A DNA stretch of 64,000 bases from the human T2T-CHM13v2.0 reference genome, Homo sapiens. Under the pieces are notes generated by a model that was given only the letters and a program-made list of their open reading frames with translations, made no database searches and had not been told where the DNA came from. Below, piece after piece: positions 13,149 through 27,320 of this stretch; positions within the stretch are counted from its first letter, which is position 1, and the number at the start of each line of letters is the position of its first letter. The DNA is taken from NCBI RefSeq assembly GCF_009914755.1, contig NC_060936.1; one strand, 5' to 3'. The position numbers were made by a program, and so were the translations under genes.

Positions 13149-14975
13149 AACTGATAGAGCTGAAGGTCATATTAATAATGTGGATGATAAAGTCCAGAAC
13201 CTATAGAAGGCAAAGAGATAGAAAATATTAAAAATAAATAAATTAAGAGCCATGGAGAACAGTGCCAGGAAATTTAATAAGCATCTAAAAGAATGGAAAA
13301 AATGAGGAAAGAATAAAACATGGAGGTAGAAATAACTAATGAAAAAAAATTTCCTGAGCTGAAGAAAGATCCAAGTATTGAAATGGAAATTCTTTGATGT
13401 ACTCAACAGGAATACTGAAATACATGTATATTCAGACACATCCTGGCGAAACCTTTGAATTTCAAGAATAAGCATTACATTTTTAAAGATTCCATAGCAA
13501 AAAAAATAAAGCAAATAGCTAAGAATCAGTACTTTTCATTCTTCACAATAATTTCTAGAAGAAATGCAATAACGGCGTCAATGTCCTGAAGGAAAAAAAG
13601 ATTTATAACTATGACACTATACCCAGCCAATTTTTCTGCAGATATTTGGGTAACATAAGAATTTTATTGGGCATGAAAAGCCACAGATTTTTCACGTGCA
13701 TTTTCAAGAAAAAAATTAGACAAGATGTATTTGATGAACTCAAAATCAGTTTCAAAATTAATCCAAAAAGAAGACATGGTATATATTGTATACATTCCTG
13801 CATATGAATTTCAAAAAATCAGTGGATTTTATTATTAACCCTAAGCAATTATTGACAATTTGGACATCAATTTCAGTGTAGTTTATTACAAAATGAATTC
13901 CTAGAAAAAGGGCATTTCATAAAATAAATAATGAATAAGTATAATTACAAAATGATACATGGAAACTGTGGGGGGTGGTTTAGTTGATATATGGGAACAA
14001 AATTTTTTGTAAAGATAAAACTGCTCTTAAACATAAAGTCTAGTAATTAAAAAAAAAGTGAGAGATGGGAGAAGAGGCAAAATAAAGGCATGTTAATGAT
14101 GTTTCTTTTTCAGAAGAGGGAAAATAGTTATTATGTGTCTATTTCACTGAAAAACAAAGTTTGCGTTTATATCTTAAGAAATTAAGACACACAATGAAAA
14201 TAATTTGAATTATTTAAGCATTTAGAACTTCCAAACCACTAAAAGTGAAAAAGGAGCATGTAAAATGCGTTTCAGTCAGCAGAAGTTAGGAATAAAAAAA
14301 GAAGGCCCAAAAAAATACAAAAAAAAAAAAAGGATGAGGATGGGGAGAAAAAAAGAAATTGTGTAAAATGTGAAGTGTAAGATGGTAGGATAAAAAGTAT
14401 AGTATTAGGGACTACAATAAATGTGAATAAATGAAATTCCCAAGTAAAAAACGACTCTCAAAGTAAATTAAACAAAATTTAAAAAGTAAAAAATTCAATT
14501 ATATGCTGTATACAGGAGACCCATTCAGAATATAATTATTTTCCACTCAGTGGAACTTCTTTCTTCTTGAGACATTTGATTATGGACTCTGTGTTGAAAG
14601 CCAGAGGTCTGGGAGGCAGGATCTAAGGGGCTGTAGATTATGTGTCTGATAGTGACACTCAGAGGAAAACTGATAGCTTCCAAGATAGCTTGTCTTCATA
14701 GGAAGACAAGAAACACTGGACAAAATTGGCAATAAATTATATTCAACTACAAAAAATTTAATTAACTGAAACAATATAGCATCAGAATACATAAAAAGGG
14801 AGCAAGCTCAGAGTCTTATGAGTAGATTCACTGAAACCTTCAAAAAACAGATAATTCTTGTGTTAAATTGTCCAATCAGTCAGAAATAATAAAAACTCTC
14901 AAGTTAATAACAAACCAAATGCAGCACAATTTCATACACCAGAGTCAAGTAGAGTTTATGTAAGGAATGCAAGTA
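13149..14975 (+). mobile_element. Ancient L1M remnant (ORF1 C-terminal part to ORF2 fragments), with a short L1MC/MD 3' end near 13960-14060
   Basis: 'tttcctgagctgaagaaagat', 'agacacatcctggcgaaa', 'ctatacccagccaa'; endonuclease-start motif 'acaataaatgtgaat...atatgctgtatacaggagaccca'. Confidence 0.6.
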
Positions 14976-15519
14976 CGCGAGTGAGGGGATTAGAAGATGC
15001 AGTGGAAAAAGGGTAGAAGTGAGAGGAGGAAAATAAGCAATTGCTTTGGGGGGCTATGGCCAAGAATTTGAGGAGTGATTTAATGAACTGGCTACAGATT
15101 TTCTAACAAAGCTCTAATATAAAGTGTTTTTCAATACTGACATTCCTAGGCAGGGTTTGATATGTGAGGACAATTCCTCGGTCTTTGTCAAAATATTATT
15201 TTCCAATGACCGAAATGGAGTTCGCTTTCCAAAGGAATTATCAGTGGCCTTTGGTACTGGGGACATATGCCACAAGGATAGGTCAATACATGATTCAGGG
15301 GGTATGGTTAAATATGCTCCCACATTTTTGCAGACATTTTGAGAGGGTGACATTTCTTTACTGTAAATTTTAAGAAGTAGAAAAAAGATATACTATAATT
15401 ACAAATCTCTAATTCTAAACACATAGGGCTACACGCAAAATATTCCTAAATCAAATGCTAACAAAGGCCAAGGTAAGGAGGTTTCCAAGGTTTAGAGCTT
15501 AGGTTACTAGGATTGTGGT

Positions 15520-16060
15520 AGTACTCAAGACTATAAAAGGGAATTTAGCAGATCAACAAATTTTAGGGAGATATTAAAGGGTCAGGTTGAAGTGATCACA
15601 GGACTCCAACATGTAAATATCCATTGCAAACAGTTTCATATGTGGGACTGAGGTTTAGAAAGAGGGATCAGTCTGTGTTTATAGGTTTGGAAACTATAAC
15701 AAGGAAGCATACTAGTCTAACTTGTGAGTATAGATGACCTGAAATAGAAAAAGACAATCAAGAGATGCCAAAAGATACAAAATGAACTTGGAATAAAGAC
15801 AAACTTTATAGTGGTTAAATTAAGATGAAGGCAGGGAAACAGAAAGATCAAGAAACAAAGACTGTTGCAGACAAAGGAATGAGAAATATGCAAGCAGAGA
15901 TCTTGAGATTCTAATCTACAGATTGTTTTAATCTTGAAGTTACAGAAACATTAGAAATAAATTAGATACCATTTATTTATTCTACAAACATATATTGAGC
16001 ACTTCCTATATGTAAAATAGACTAAATGTCCTCACCTTTCTGATGCTTTTAATTTGACTT
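15520..16060 (-). mobile_element. L2 fragments
   Basis: L2 3'-end motif 'atttattctacaaacatatattgagcacttcctat' and purine-rich L2 body. Confidence 0.45.
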
Positions 16061-16241
16061 ACAGAGCAGCAGACAAATTGGGTATGAAAAGATAATTTGT
16101 TTATTTTGAAGTAATAAGGGTAAATTCCTTCCATAATCATCCCCACATTTCTTTGATTCCCCTCTATGTCTCCTTAACAGTTTTCATCTTTTGGCTCACA
16201 ATTCAGGCTTTTTTGTGCCAGGAAAAAAAATTCTTGTGTAG

Positions 16242-16330
16242 TGTATTAGTCCTTTTTCCTGCTGCTGATAAAGACATACCTGAGACTGGTTAATTTATAA
16301 AGAAAAAGAGGTTTAATGGACTCACAGTTT
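16242..16330 (-). mobile_element. THE1 (MaLR) LTR terminal fragment
   Basis: 'tgtattagtc...gctgctgataaagacatacctgagactgg...agaaaaagaggtttaatggactcacagtt', then abrupt truncation. Confidence 0.8.
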
Positions 16331-16699
16331 TTATTTTTATTTTAAAATTTTTAAAATCAGGCCCCATTTACAGATAAATGGACTTTCTATTTTTAAAGAA
16401 CTAAATTTGTGTTTGAGTCTGAGCTAAATTCATGGGTGATATAGTAATCAATTTGTAGTCTATATTATGCTACAGACACTGCTAGTTGTCCCCCAAAACC
16501 TGTCCCTCTTCCTTAGAATATTATTTTGCTAGTGTTGCCATTCAAAGTACCATGGGCATCGTCTTATAGCTATAGTCACAGTACAATTTAAACTTAATAG
16601 TACAATTATAATATTCAACAACTCATAGAATTTTTAATTTGGTTTAAAATTCAAAGATACAATAATATGCTTGTGGCAATTAATTTTGTTTTTAAAATT

Positions 16700-17245
16700 T
16701 AATGATATTTATAAGCCAGTAATTCAGTACTGTATATATACCAACTGCAATGTGTACATGTGTTCACATACCTGTGCAAAAGTATTCATAACAGCACCAT
16801 ATGTGGTAGTTCCAAACTGAAGACTACTCAAATGTTCATCAATAGTACAACCCATAAATAAATTATAAGTTATACAATGGAATGCTATACAGCTACAAGA
16901 CTAAACAAACTACAACTACACACAACAATATAGACGAATCTCACAAACACAGTGTTAAGAGTAGGAAGCCAGACACAAGTGAGTATGCATTGTGTGATTT
17001 ATTTATGCAAAGTTCAGAAAGAGACAAAATTCATCTATGGCATTAGAAGTCATGATAGTGGCTATCCGCTGGTTGGGAGTGGAGGGACTTAAGGGAGCAC
17101 CACAGGATAATCTGAGATTCTGCTAATTTTCTACTGGGAGCTGGTTAAATGAATATGTTCAGTTTGTGGAACTTGTGAAAATTTACATGGTGTATCATTA
17201 TGATCTATGCATTTTTCAATATATACCTTGTACTTTGGTAAAATT
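16700..17245 (+). mobile_element. L1ME-type 3' end
   Basis: 'caaatgttcatcaatag', 'acaatggaatgctatacagc', 'gaatctcacaaaca...gaagccagacaca', 'ttagaagtcatgatagtggcta'. Confidence 0.75.
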
Positions 17246-17404
17246 TCCAAGATATATAATGATACATAATACAGAGTATTTATACATATGTAAATATTCC
17301 TCTTAGGAAAACTGGCATTACTCACCATATGGAGACCAGGCTATTAATAGACCAATAGCGGGAACAGAAATTTTAAAAGATTGGAAACACTGATAGCAAT
17401 AGTC

Positions 17405-18407
17405 AATGAATTCTTGAAGGGAGCCCTTTCAAAATAAAATAATACAAAACTAAAAATACAAAATTAGGCACACAATGAATATTTAGAACAAGAAAGAAAT
17501 TACAAAATATAACAAATATTTTTATTAATTACCTGTAACAGCTATAAAACTTATTTCTCTACATGTTATAATTATAAATTCTTTGTTTCTTCACATGATA
17601 TGCTTTATAATATTTGGTAGAGAGATATTAGAAAGATTTGTTTCCCTGTATAGTATGGTCGATGCAATTTTTTAATTAAAAAAACCTGAGATTTTATAAA
17701 CAGACATATTGTTTGATATTGTTAGTACATGCTTGGGCTTTAAAATCACAGGAATTCTGATAAAGTCTACTTCTTGCAATTCTCGTAAAAGTGTATGATG
17801 CTTTTATAATTTTATTCCTTACATTTTTAAATATAATCCCCAAACCACAGAACTTCCATTTTGATTGGAAATTTTAAAGAAGCGAATCTTCCATTTAAAA
17901 TTATGCATATCTAACAAACAGGAAGAATTTTCAAGAGAACTAGTCTCCTTTCCCTCCACTACCTACATTCTTCCAATCTCTGTGGAAGGAACATGTTTAT
18001 AATGGAAACACCTTTATGTTAAGACTCTGGGTAAGTCTACCCAACAGCAAGTAGGAGTATTCCTGGTTTTCCTGAACCAGGACAGATAGGGAGAACTTAA
18101 TTATAGACAGAAGTGACAAATATATCTCGCTAAAGCCAAACTAAATGTATCTGTAACTCAGCTTCCCCGTACTTGGATCTCAGAAATGCCCATGACTACT
18201 CTCACACTCTCCACACAAGGCGAAATGTGAGGAAGGCTAAAGTGGATTGGAAAGAGACTGTGATCCCAACCAATTGCTGTTAAAATATTATAATTTTGAA
18301 AATGTTACAAAAACAAATGACCATATGAACCCAGTGCTAGCTCCCTTGCTGGTGCCTTGAAAGATGCCAGCGCAAGCTTCATTTGCTTCTCTATAAATTC
18401 ACCTCTG
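17405..18407 (-). mobile_element. Zaphod/MER115-type hAT-Tip100 DNA transposon fossil
   Basis: Ends 'aagcttcatttgcttc...aaattcacctctg'; 'aaactaaatgtatc...aactcagcttcccc' and 'acaaaaacaaatgaccatatgaac' match the MER115/Zaphod terminus; homologous to the copy at 56608-59600. Confidence 0.75.
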
Positions 18408-19349
18408 CTGTTTTTCTTGCCTCACTGGTTGCATACAGCTTCTCCTGGAAGTGAGCTCTTCATCTCTAATTACTGTCAAAACACTACACGCACCTATGGT
18501 TGGCTCTTATGTCAGCTGTGATTGTCTCCCCACAGTCAACAACAATCTGTGTGGCACTATTGAAGTTTCTCCTTCAGTGACTTTTTATAGAATTTCATCT
18601 GACTGCTTCATAGACAGCCCTTTTTAGCTTAGTGGACAGTAGCTGGTGAGGTATCTGGGTTTTGTTATCGACCATTGTTAGGAGATGACCAGCTGAGCAC
18701 AGTGGGAAGGCGGCCATTAAGCTTTGTTGCAGCAGCACTGGCTGTGCTTCAAGTTCTTAATGTTTTTCTCTTGCCATCTGATGTAGATTTGATACCAGCA
18801 CATAGGGTGGAGCCTCTATGGATACACATACAACAGCAGTATTATCAGTGTTCACTTTGATTACACGGTTCTTGATTCAATTCATCACTTGCCCAGACAG
18901 GAACTGCATTTACTTACTTGTGCTGACACCTGACTCTGTTTTACACCTTGAAAAAGTACTCAGAGCTTTTATTTCCTTTCACCCGTAATGTAGATTTGCT
19001 CAGCAATATGATATACATTTGTGCTTACCATGGATTTTGCAAGCACTTAGATCAGAAGAATACTTCTATAAGGAAAATGTTTACCTAACAAAGGAATTTT
19101 TGCAGTCTAATGTTATTCTGTGTTGAGCATCTTCTCTTTCACCTAAAAAAGTAGTTCATTATTCTAAGTTAATTAAATTATTCTAAAGCTTTTGTATGCA
19201 GCACAGAAATTTATTTAAACTGGCAATATTGGATTAAATAACATGAATTTATTTTATACTAGCACTCAGAGAATCTTTAGATTATCCAATAGGTTGACAA
19301 TAACCATTGAAAGAAGCTTTTAAATTTATAATTAAATTAATTATTCTTC

Positions 19350-19560
19350 TTCTTTAGTTGCACTAACCAAGTGCTTGTACTAAGTATTTCACAGGTATTA
19401 TTTCATTTAATTCTCAAAGCAAAACTGTAAGGAAAGCAATGTTAGCCTTGTTTTGAGGAAACTAAGCCTCAGATAAGGGATAAATATGCCCAAATTCAAA
19501 CAAATCTGTGATTCAAATATGGGTCTGCTAATACCAAAGCTAGTGTTTATAACCACTTTC
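19350..19560 (-). mobile_element. MIR
   Basis: 'tattatttcatttaattctca...tgaggaaactaagcctcaga...tgattcaaatatgggtctg'. Confidence 0.7.
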
Positions 19561-19815
19561 TATCTTCTGTAGTTAGTAATTTGGCCAGCAAGAAAGGATA
19601 AATGTTTCTAACTATCTCTTTAAATATTGAATAAGTCAGAATTATTTCCCTATCTGAACGTATGATCGGTTTGGATAATTGAAAAAACTAATTTTTCATC
19701 TCACAATGTTGAAAGCAACTAAATCTTCATCATATTAAAAATGCCTTGAATTAGTATTTGGTTTGGTCTGCATTTTTTAGTTAATTAATTTTAGCTGTTC
19801 TAATTCCTATTAGGC

Positions 19816-19972
19816 AGTTTTACTCAAAGTGGGTTAAGCACCTGAGGATCTGTAGGCATGTTTGTTAAAGGAAGAGTTCTAGGCCACATTCCAAACCAAC
19901 AGAATCAGACTCACTTGAGCTAATGTCAAGAAATATGCATTTTAAACTAATAATTAGATAGTGATTCTGAAG
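19816..19972. mobile_element. MER5-type hAT-Charlie element
   Basis: 'cagttttactcaaagtg...tttgttaaa...gaatcagactc...aaatatgcattttaaac...gtgattctga'. Confidence 0.65.
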
Positions 19973-20100
19973 AGCCTATTTTGCCTTTGGATGATTTCCC
20001 CTTGCCTTTACCGTGATTATTTCCTGGGTAGTCATTTATATGTTCCTTTAAAATCTGGATTCATAATTTTAGTTAACTGGTTCTCTAAGGAAGGTCTCTC

Positions 20101-20530
20101 TGGTAGTCAATAGGCTTGTTCACAGATATTCTGGTTCTTCTCCATCGAAGCACATGATGAGATTGCATTTCCCTGTCCCCTTAAAATTAGATGTGGCCAT
20201 GTGACTACCAGGGGCCAGTGGAAATGCATAGAAGTAACTTGTGCTCTGTTCTCTAGCCCCAGGAACCATCTACATTCCAGACAGTGGAGACTTTGCCAGC
20301 CTGCATTCTTGTGTGAAGCTTGGAGGGAGGAGAACCCCCAGCTGATCCCCACTGGATCTAATAGAGCAGGAAGATAGGAGCCTGGGTCCCTCACAATGTG
20401 AAGCTTCTATCCTTCCCTGAAAAGCCTACCACTGGATTTGTTTTACATGAATGAGAAATAAACCACTATTTTTCAGATTTTTATTTTCTACTACCCCATA
20501 TATCCACAGCACTATATCTGACCATAATTA
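20101..20530 (+). mobile_element. Old MLT1 (MaLR) LTR
   Basis: 'gattgcatttccctg...tgtggccatgtgact...ggccagtggaaatg...agaagtaac', 'tgagaaataaacc'. Confidence 0.7.
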
Positions 20531-21351
20531 TTTACAAACCAGGACTTTTTCACTAACTAATTGTATCAATTGATGGTGACATCCTTCATAAATCTGGGCA
20601 TTTTTCTTCACTTGCCAACAAAAAGGTAGTTGTGGGTACTACGGCTCCAATGAAGATGAGATAACTGAGATGATACAGGCATCATACATTACATGCCTTC
20701 CGGAAGTGAGATGTGACTCTCATACATGTAAGCCAGTCTTCTAAAATGATATTCTGCATTTTCTGGATCACTCTGCCTGCTCATCTACTATCAGTGCAGC
20801 ATCGGTCAGCACCCTACCAGGATAAATGGAGTTTATAAAGGATTTCTGGCCTCACTCAGAAACAGCTGGACAAATGAGTTTTACGAACTCATCAAAGATC
20901 CGTAAGCAATTTATATAGGAACTTCAAATTAGCTGATAAGCACTTTTATTTTTGGTCCTCGTTTATTTATTGCCACTTCACACTGATCAACTTCAACTAA
21001 AATGTTGCTGTTTTGTGGCAATCTTCTAATCATCATTTGTGTAGTATTCTGAAGTTGGCAGGGTATCGAGGACTCAGAGTTCAATACTTGAATTTTACAT
21101 TTGAGGAATGTAAATGGCTAATCAAGAGCCATCCGCTAAATTCAAGTTAGAACTGAGAGCCCCGGACTCTCAGTTCATCGCTCTTTTCTCTCAGCTAGGC
21201 TTCCCTAGAAGGCCATTTCGGATTCCTTTCCTCTACTTGAAATTTAATCTTAACTCGTAGCATATACTCACTCAGCATTTAGCTGAGTGAGATCTTTCAA
21301 GCTGGGTCCAACTTGTGCGTTTCTTCCAGTCTTATCTCAATATCTCTCTGG

Positions 21352-21356
<5 letters not shown>

Positions 21357-21386
<30 letters not shown>
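21357..21386. repeat. (TG)15 microsatellite
   Basis: Pure dinucleotide run. Confidence 0.97.
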
Positions 21387-21387
<1 letters not shown>

Positions 21388-21651
21388 CCCTTCTTAATGT
21401 TTTCTCCTGAATTCCTGAAGCAAATTCCTTCTTTAATCATTCTCCTTCTTTTGGGGCATCTGTACTCTCTCTCAGCCAGTTTCTTCTCTCCTGCTTACAC
21501 ATATACCTAGGTCTTTCCTATTTTTATATAGTGGACATATTTTAATGTTTTAAATAAAATTTATTGTACTGTCTGAGCTTTCAAATTCTTTTTCATTCTC
21601 GGGGCAGCTTTGCTCAGAAATGGTTATTGCAGATCATTTATTACTCACTGC

Positions 21652-21925
21652 TTTTCTTTTTCTTTATTTAAAATTTTAGATTCAGGGGTATATGTACAGG
21701 TTTGCTACATGGGTATATTATGTTATGCTGAGGTTTGGGGTATGGACCCCGTCACCCAGGTAGTGAACATAGTACCCAATAGTTAGTTTGTCAGCCTACA
21801 TCCCTCTCCCACTCTCCCTGCTCTGACTGTCTCCAGTTTCTATGGTTTCTATCTTTATGTCCTTGTATACTCAATCTTTGGTTCCCACTTATAAGTGAGA
21901 ACACGTAGTATTTGATTTCCTGTTT
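21652..21925 (-). mobile_element. L1PA15/16-type 3' end fragment
   Basis: 'ttttagattcagggg...tacatgggtatatt...tgctgaggtttggggtatgga...cccacttataagtgagaaca'. Confidence 0.85.
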
Positions 21926-22279
21926 TTACTTTTCACTTTTTTATGGGATTTTTTTTGTCATTCTGTGACACTCTTTTTCTCTTTACCCCTTTTCCTGTTG
22001 TTGATAAGAAATATCCTTGTATTCTTAATAGCTAGCATAGTGCCTGGCATATGCTGAGTGTTCTGTAAATTTTTTAAATAAATAAATGATTAAAATAGTA
22101 GAAAAATTATGATAACCCTTAGGAAACCTGACTCTTCATTAAACATGCTTAAATAGGAACCAGGCTATGTGTACAAATATAAACATAAACATACATACAA
22201 AGGAGGAGCTCAGAAGCTTTTTATGTGCTCACTATGCATTCATCTGTTCAAAGCCCCTTACATGTTATTGTCTCATTTG

Positions 22280-22512
22280 ATAATAATAATAGTTATTATT
22301 ATTTTAATGGTGACTGCAGATAGTGCTCAGAATGGGTTAGGTACCATTTAGATCACATTACTGTGTATTCACAAGAACTCTATGTGGTAGGCACTTTTTT
22401 ACCTTAACAGAGACACAGAGAGAAATAGCTTTTGCATTTACACAGCTAGTGAGTAGGAGAGTGAGGACTTGAACTTATGCATTCTGACTCTAGAGTCTAT
22501 ACTCTAATCACT
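22280..22512 (-). mobile_element. MIR (with an L2 3' end at ~22010-22090 on +)
   Basis: 'cacagctagtgagtaggagagtgaggacttgaac...tctgactctagagtc'; 'ctagcatagtgcctggcatat'. Confidence 0.6.
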
Positions 22513-23932
22513 CTTATCACCCAAGGTCTCACAAGTAGAGTGGGTGTTCCAAAGAAAGCATACTCTGTATCCTACTCCAAGGACCATTTCCCTAAAACAT
22601 CTTCCTTTCCAGCTTCCATGGTAAGTGACTAAATTTTTTTATTATTCAGTGATAATCTTTACAGAAGGGACTTAAAGAACTGAAAAATAAACCCTACAAA
22701 GGTATCATGCAAAATAAAAATGATATAAAGCTGTAATCAATCATTGACATTTTAGCATAAAATTATTTATCAGATAAACATTATTGGTCCTTGACTCTTA
22801 AGGAAATTGGACATGAGACAGACAGTAAGTCAAGTTTTGAAATTTGGACAAATTAAAAAGCCTTTGAATCTGCTACCATCAAAGTACTCTATACTGTGTG
22901 ATTACTTCTGTCTTGCCTGATTATGCCTAATTTTGAATATATTCATTTTATTTTAGATTATATATTTCACTTTGCATCATATCATTGGGACCAATGATTT
23001 CTTTCTTTAGCTCAAGCTGCATATCTTAAGAAGTATTATTAATAAGCATAATTTAGACATATTTCTCTCACCTGAAGAAATAATCTCCAATTTTATAGTA
23101 TAAGTCTAGTGGGAAAGCTGTGTCTAATATAGAATTTTGCTTTAGCAATTACTTTTATTTACATCTTGTTTCAAGACACAGCCGTTGAGCTAGGTATTCC
23201 TGGGTGACAGCCAACCTCTAATTTTTATTTATTGCCTGCGCCAACTTTGTGCTTTTTAAGCTTCTAATAAAGAACACTTGGTTTAAGCAATTTTGTAGTC
23301 ATCCCTCATGTATGGGACCTCATGTAACATGTTTTGTAATGACATACATCATCTTTTATAATAAAATTTCATCTTATGAGTCTTTCAAGTAGTAAATCCC
23401 TTTTGATTTCTCAGCAGGATAAAGTTCTACATGTATATTATACATGAATCATCTGTTTTCTTTAGCAATTCACTGATCTCATAAAGCATGCATCTGGGTA
23501 AAGAACTACTGAAGATTTAAACCTCCTTTATTTGGATGAGATATGTATTGAAAATGAAAAATTGTTAAGCTAACAGTAGCAAATTCCATGTATTTGGAAG
23601 AGTGATTTCATCAAGCTTTTCTCTAATCCATTGGATTTTAAAACAATTCATAGTTACTTAAGAGTTTACTTAAATAGTAACCCTCAGACAGCAGAACTTT
23701 CTCTGGAAGCCTCCCTCAGGAAATAGTCTTGTGTGTTCTCTTCCTTGAATAAAACTAAATGGCAAGATTAGGCAATGGATGGATACTTTCTAATTGTTCA
23801 CTTTTAGAATGCTAGAACTCACGTTAATTTCAGAGGAACTTCAACTTTCATTTTTCAAGACATTATTATAGAAACAGAGCATTTGGTGAAATGTTAACAG
23901 GATATCAAATTATGGATCTTCCCATTTGGAAG

Positions 23933-24499
23933 TGTTATTAGCCAGAGTTCTCAAGAAAGAAAGAACCAATAGGATGGGTGAATAGATAGATAGATCAGTG
24001 AGAGGGGATTTATTGGGGGAATTCGTTCATGCAATTATGGAGCCAGAAATGTTCTACAATAGGCCCTCTGCAAGCTGGAGATCCACGATGCTGGTAGCGT
24101 GGCTCAGTCCAAGTCTGAATGCCCTGGAACAAGCAATGCTGTAACTCAGTTTGAGGCCAAAGACCCAAGAACCCGAGTATGGAGAAGCGCTGAAGTCCAA
24201 AGGTCAGAGAGCCTCAGGTTCTGGTGATGTCCAAGAGTAGGAGGAGAAGGATGTCTCAGCTCCAGGAGACAAAAAGAGAGAAAAATCATATTTCCTCTGC
24301 CTTTTTTGTTCTATCAGGCCCCTAGCTGATTGGATGGTGCCTCCCCACATTAAGGGTGAATCTTCCCTACTCAGTTCACAATCACACACACCTATCTCCT
24401 CTGGAAACACCCTCACAGACATATCCAGAAATAATGCTTCAACAGTTCTCTAGGTATTCCTTAATCCAGTCGAGTTGACATCTAAAATTAACTGTCACA
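23933..24499 (-). mobile_element. MLT2 (ERVL) solo LTR
   Basis: tg...ca termini; 'gaaccaatagga', 'tctgcaagctggaga', 'gattggatggtgcc', 'ggaaacaccctcacagaca', 'gttgacatctaaaattaactgtcaca'; ggaag on both flanks. Confidence 0.88.
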
Positions 24500-24671
24500 G
24501 GGAAGTTAGGCCAAGATCCCAAAGCTGAGAACAGTAAGTGCCAAGTACTCCCACGGTTAAGGCAAGATGGGCCATTTATAAAGGAAGTGGCAAAAAAAAA
24601 AAAAATGTTCTGCCAGTGTTGGTTCAGATTGTATCAAAGAATAATTCAGTAGGAGGTAAGGGATGGGAGGG

Positions 24672-25347
<676 letters not shown>

Positions 25348-25399
25348 GAGAGTAACGGTTATTTCAAGAAAGAGTTGCCCATGTTCTTGGATATTTGAA

Positions 25400-26103
25400 T
25401 TTCATCCATTAAGAAGGTCAAAGTAGGCAGACTTCAAGAGGGCCACTCAAAGTCTTAGCCCATGAGCTCTGAAGTTCAGAAAAAACACAGAGACTAGAGC
25501 TTGACTTCCATCTGGAAAAGTTGAACAATTGGCAAGTTTTGCCAAAAATTAATGGAAGGGGAAAAATTTGAGTAGGAGCAAGGTGAGCCTCCCTGCATGG
25601 TGGAGCACAGGTATATCTTTTTTATGGCCCAGAGATGACCCATGGTAGGTAGACTGCCATAAGCCCTCTTGACAGGTTTTACCCAAGAAGACCACCTAGA
25701 GGGCTGAACCCTAGTGGAATAGGATACATTGCCAGAGTCCGGAGGTTTGAGAGCAATCATATCTGGATAGCTAAAGGAAATACGAGTGGTATAGTATAGC
25801 AACTGAACATCTGAGAGAGAAGATCTCTAAGGGACCCACGGAGGCACCCCATAAAAGAAGCATTTGGTCATCTAGCTCACCCAGAAGGTACCAATATCTG
25901 ATTACATTAGGGGAAAAAAAGGAAATTATGCTTTCACATATGACGGTGTTTTTAAAAGCTATGGCAGCTTCTGGAGAGTTTACCCATGAGTGCAAAAGAA
26001 TAAACCAACAGAGCGACTTTAATGGGGATGGTAAGAAACAATAAAGTTGCCTTCTGTTTGAGCCCTAGTGAGTGCAGCTCGATGAACTAGTTGAAATCAT
26101 ACA
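25400..26103 (+). mobile_element. Possible ancient Gypsy-type LTR (MamGypLTR/LTR85-like)
   Basis: 'gatctctaagggaccca...gcaccccat' and terminal 'aataaagttgccttctgtttg...aca' resemble recalled consensus; highly diverged. Confidence 0.35.
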
Positions 26104-26404
26104 GATTTTAAGGGAAGAGAGTTGGAACTCTGTGATTATCCAAAAATGAGTCTCAGAAACATTGCAATGTTTCTTTTCACAAAGGTCCTTAAGATAAGAT
26201 AAAGAAAATTAATTTTAAGAAAGCCCCATTGAGTTTTAGAAGCTGAAGTAAAGTATTCAACCAGAATATTAGAGCTGAAAAGGAAGAGATAATTTTTATT
26301 GGATATTAACTAGAAAGGAGTAGATATCAAATAATATTTCTTACCCTGAATGTTGTCTTGAAATAGTCAAGCATGAAACCAAAAACATAGGCGATAGAAT
26401 TAAG

Positions 26405-27017
26405 TGTTTATTTCCTATTACTACCATAACAAATTTAGTGGCTTAGGCAATACAAACATGTTATCTCACAGTTCTGTGGGTCAGAAATCCAATGGGCTCA
26501 TCTGGTTCCCCTGCTCCAATTTCACAGGTCCAAAATCAAGGTGTTGGCAGGGCTGTGTTTCTCTCTTGAGACCCTAGGACAGAATCCTCTCTTACTTATT
26601 CGGAGTGTTAGCAGAATTCAGTCTTGCAGTTCTATGACTGAAGTAATGGTTTTCTTCCTGGCTGTCAGCTGAGAATCAACTCCAGCTTCTGAAGAATGTT
26701 GTATTTCTTGCCTTGTGGCCCCCTTCTTTCAGCTTCAAAGTCAGAAATGGCAGGGCAAGTACTTATTATGCTTCAGATCTCTTCTACATCTTCTATTGTG
26801 GCATTTCTCTGGCTGCCTCCAGGAAAGGTCTCCTTTTAAAGACTCAAGTGGTTTGATTGAGCCCACCTAGATAATCCAGGATAATCTCTCCATATCAGGG
26901 TTTACACCCTTAATCACATCTGCAAAACTCCTTTTGCTGCCATTTGAGACAACATATGCACCAGTTCTAGGGATTAAGCTATGGACATCTCTGGGGAGAC
27001 ATTTTTCTGCCTACCGT
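26405..27017 (-). mobile_element. MLT1D/E-type LTR
   Basis: 'tatctcacagttctgtgggtcagaaatcc', 'aaatcaaggtgttggcagggctg', 'gataatccaggataatctc', 'ttaatcacatctgcaaa'. Confidence 0.82.
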
Positions 27018-27320
27018 GGTGTTAATGCCTGACAGCCTCTATTTTCAAGATGAAGTAAGAAATTAAGTCTTTAGGTGATAGTGAGGTAGGGAGTGGTGTA
27101 ATTGAAGGATTGAAAGAAGGAATAAGATCCAGAATAGCTATAGGGATTAGTGAGAATAGAAATAAATTAAGAGTTAAAAGCAAAAACAAAAACAAAAGTT
27201 CCTGTGTTGGAAATAAGAGATTGTGAGAGACTTAGGCACCCTCTGGCAAACCAAGTATAAATAAGAGTCATGTAATTATTACACTTGCTGATCTGAGAAG
27301 GCACTGGTAATTCAAGATTG

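Noticed and set aside
18915-19095. Minus-strand splice-like signals (gtaagt, gtaagc, ttcctttgttag)
   Set aside because: Expected by chance in 64 kb, with no coherent frame or supporting context.
20821-20901. 81-nt open segment (INGVYKGFLASLRNSWTNEFYELIKD) as a coding exon
   Set aside because: Weak polypyrimidine tract, no recognisable protein and no partner exons.
25494-25995. ORFs as retroviral gag/pol remnants
   Set aside because: No gag/pol motifs; the region looks like a degenerate LTR.
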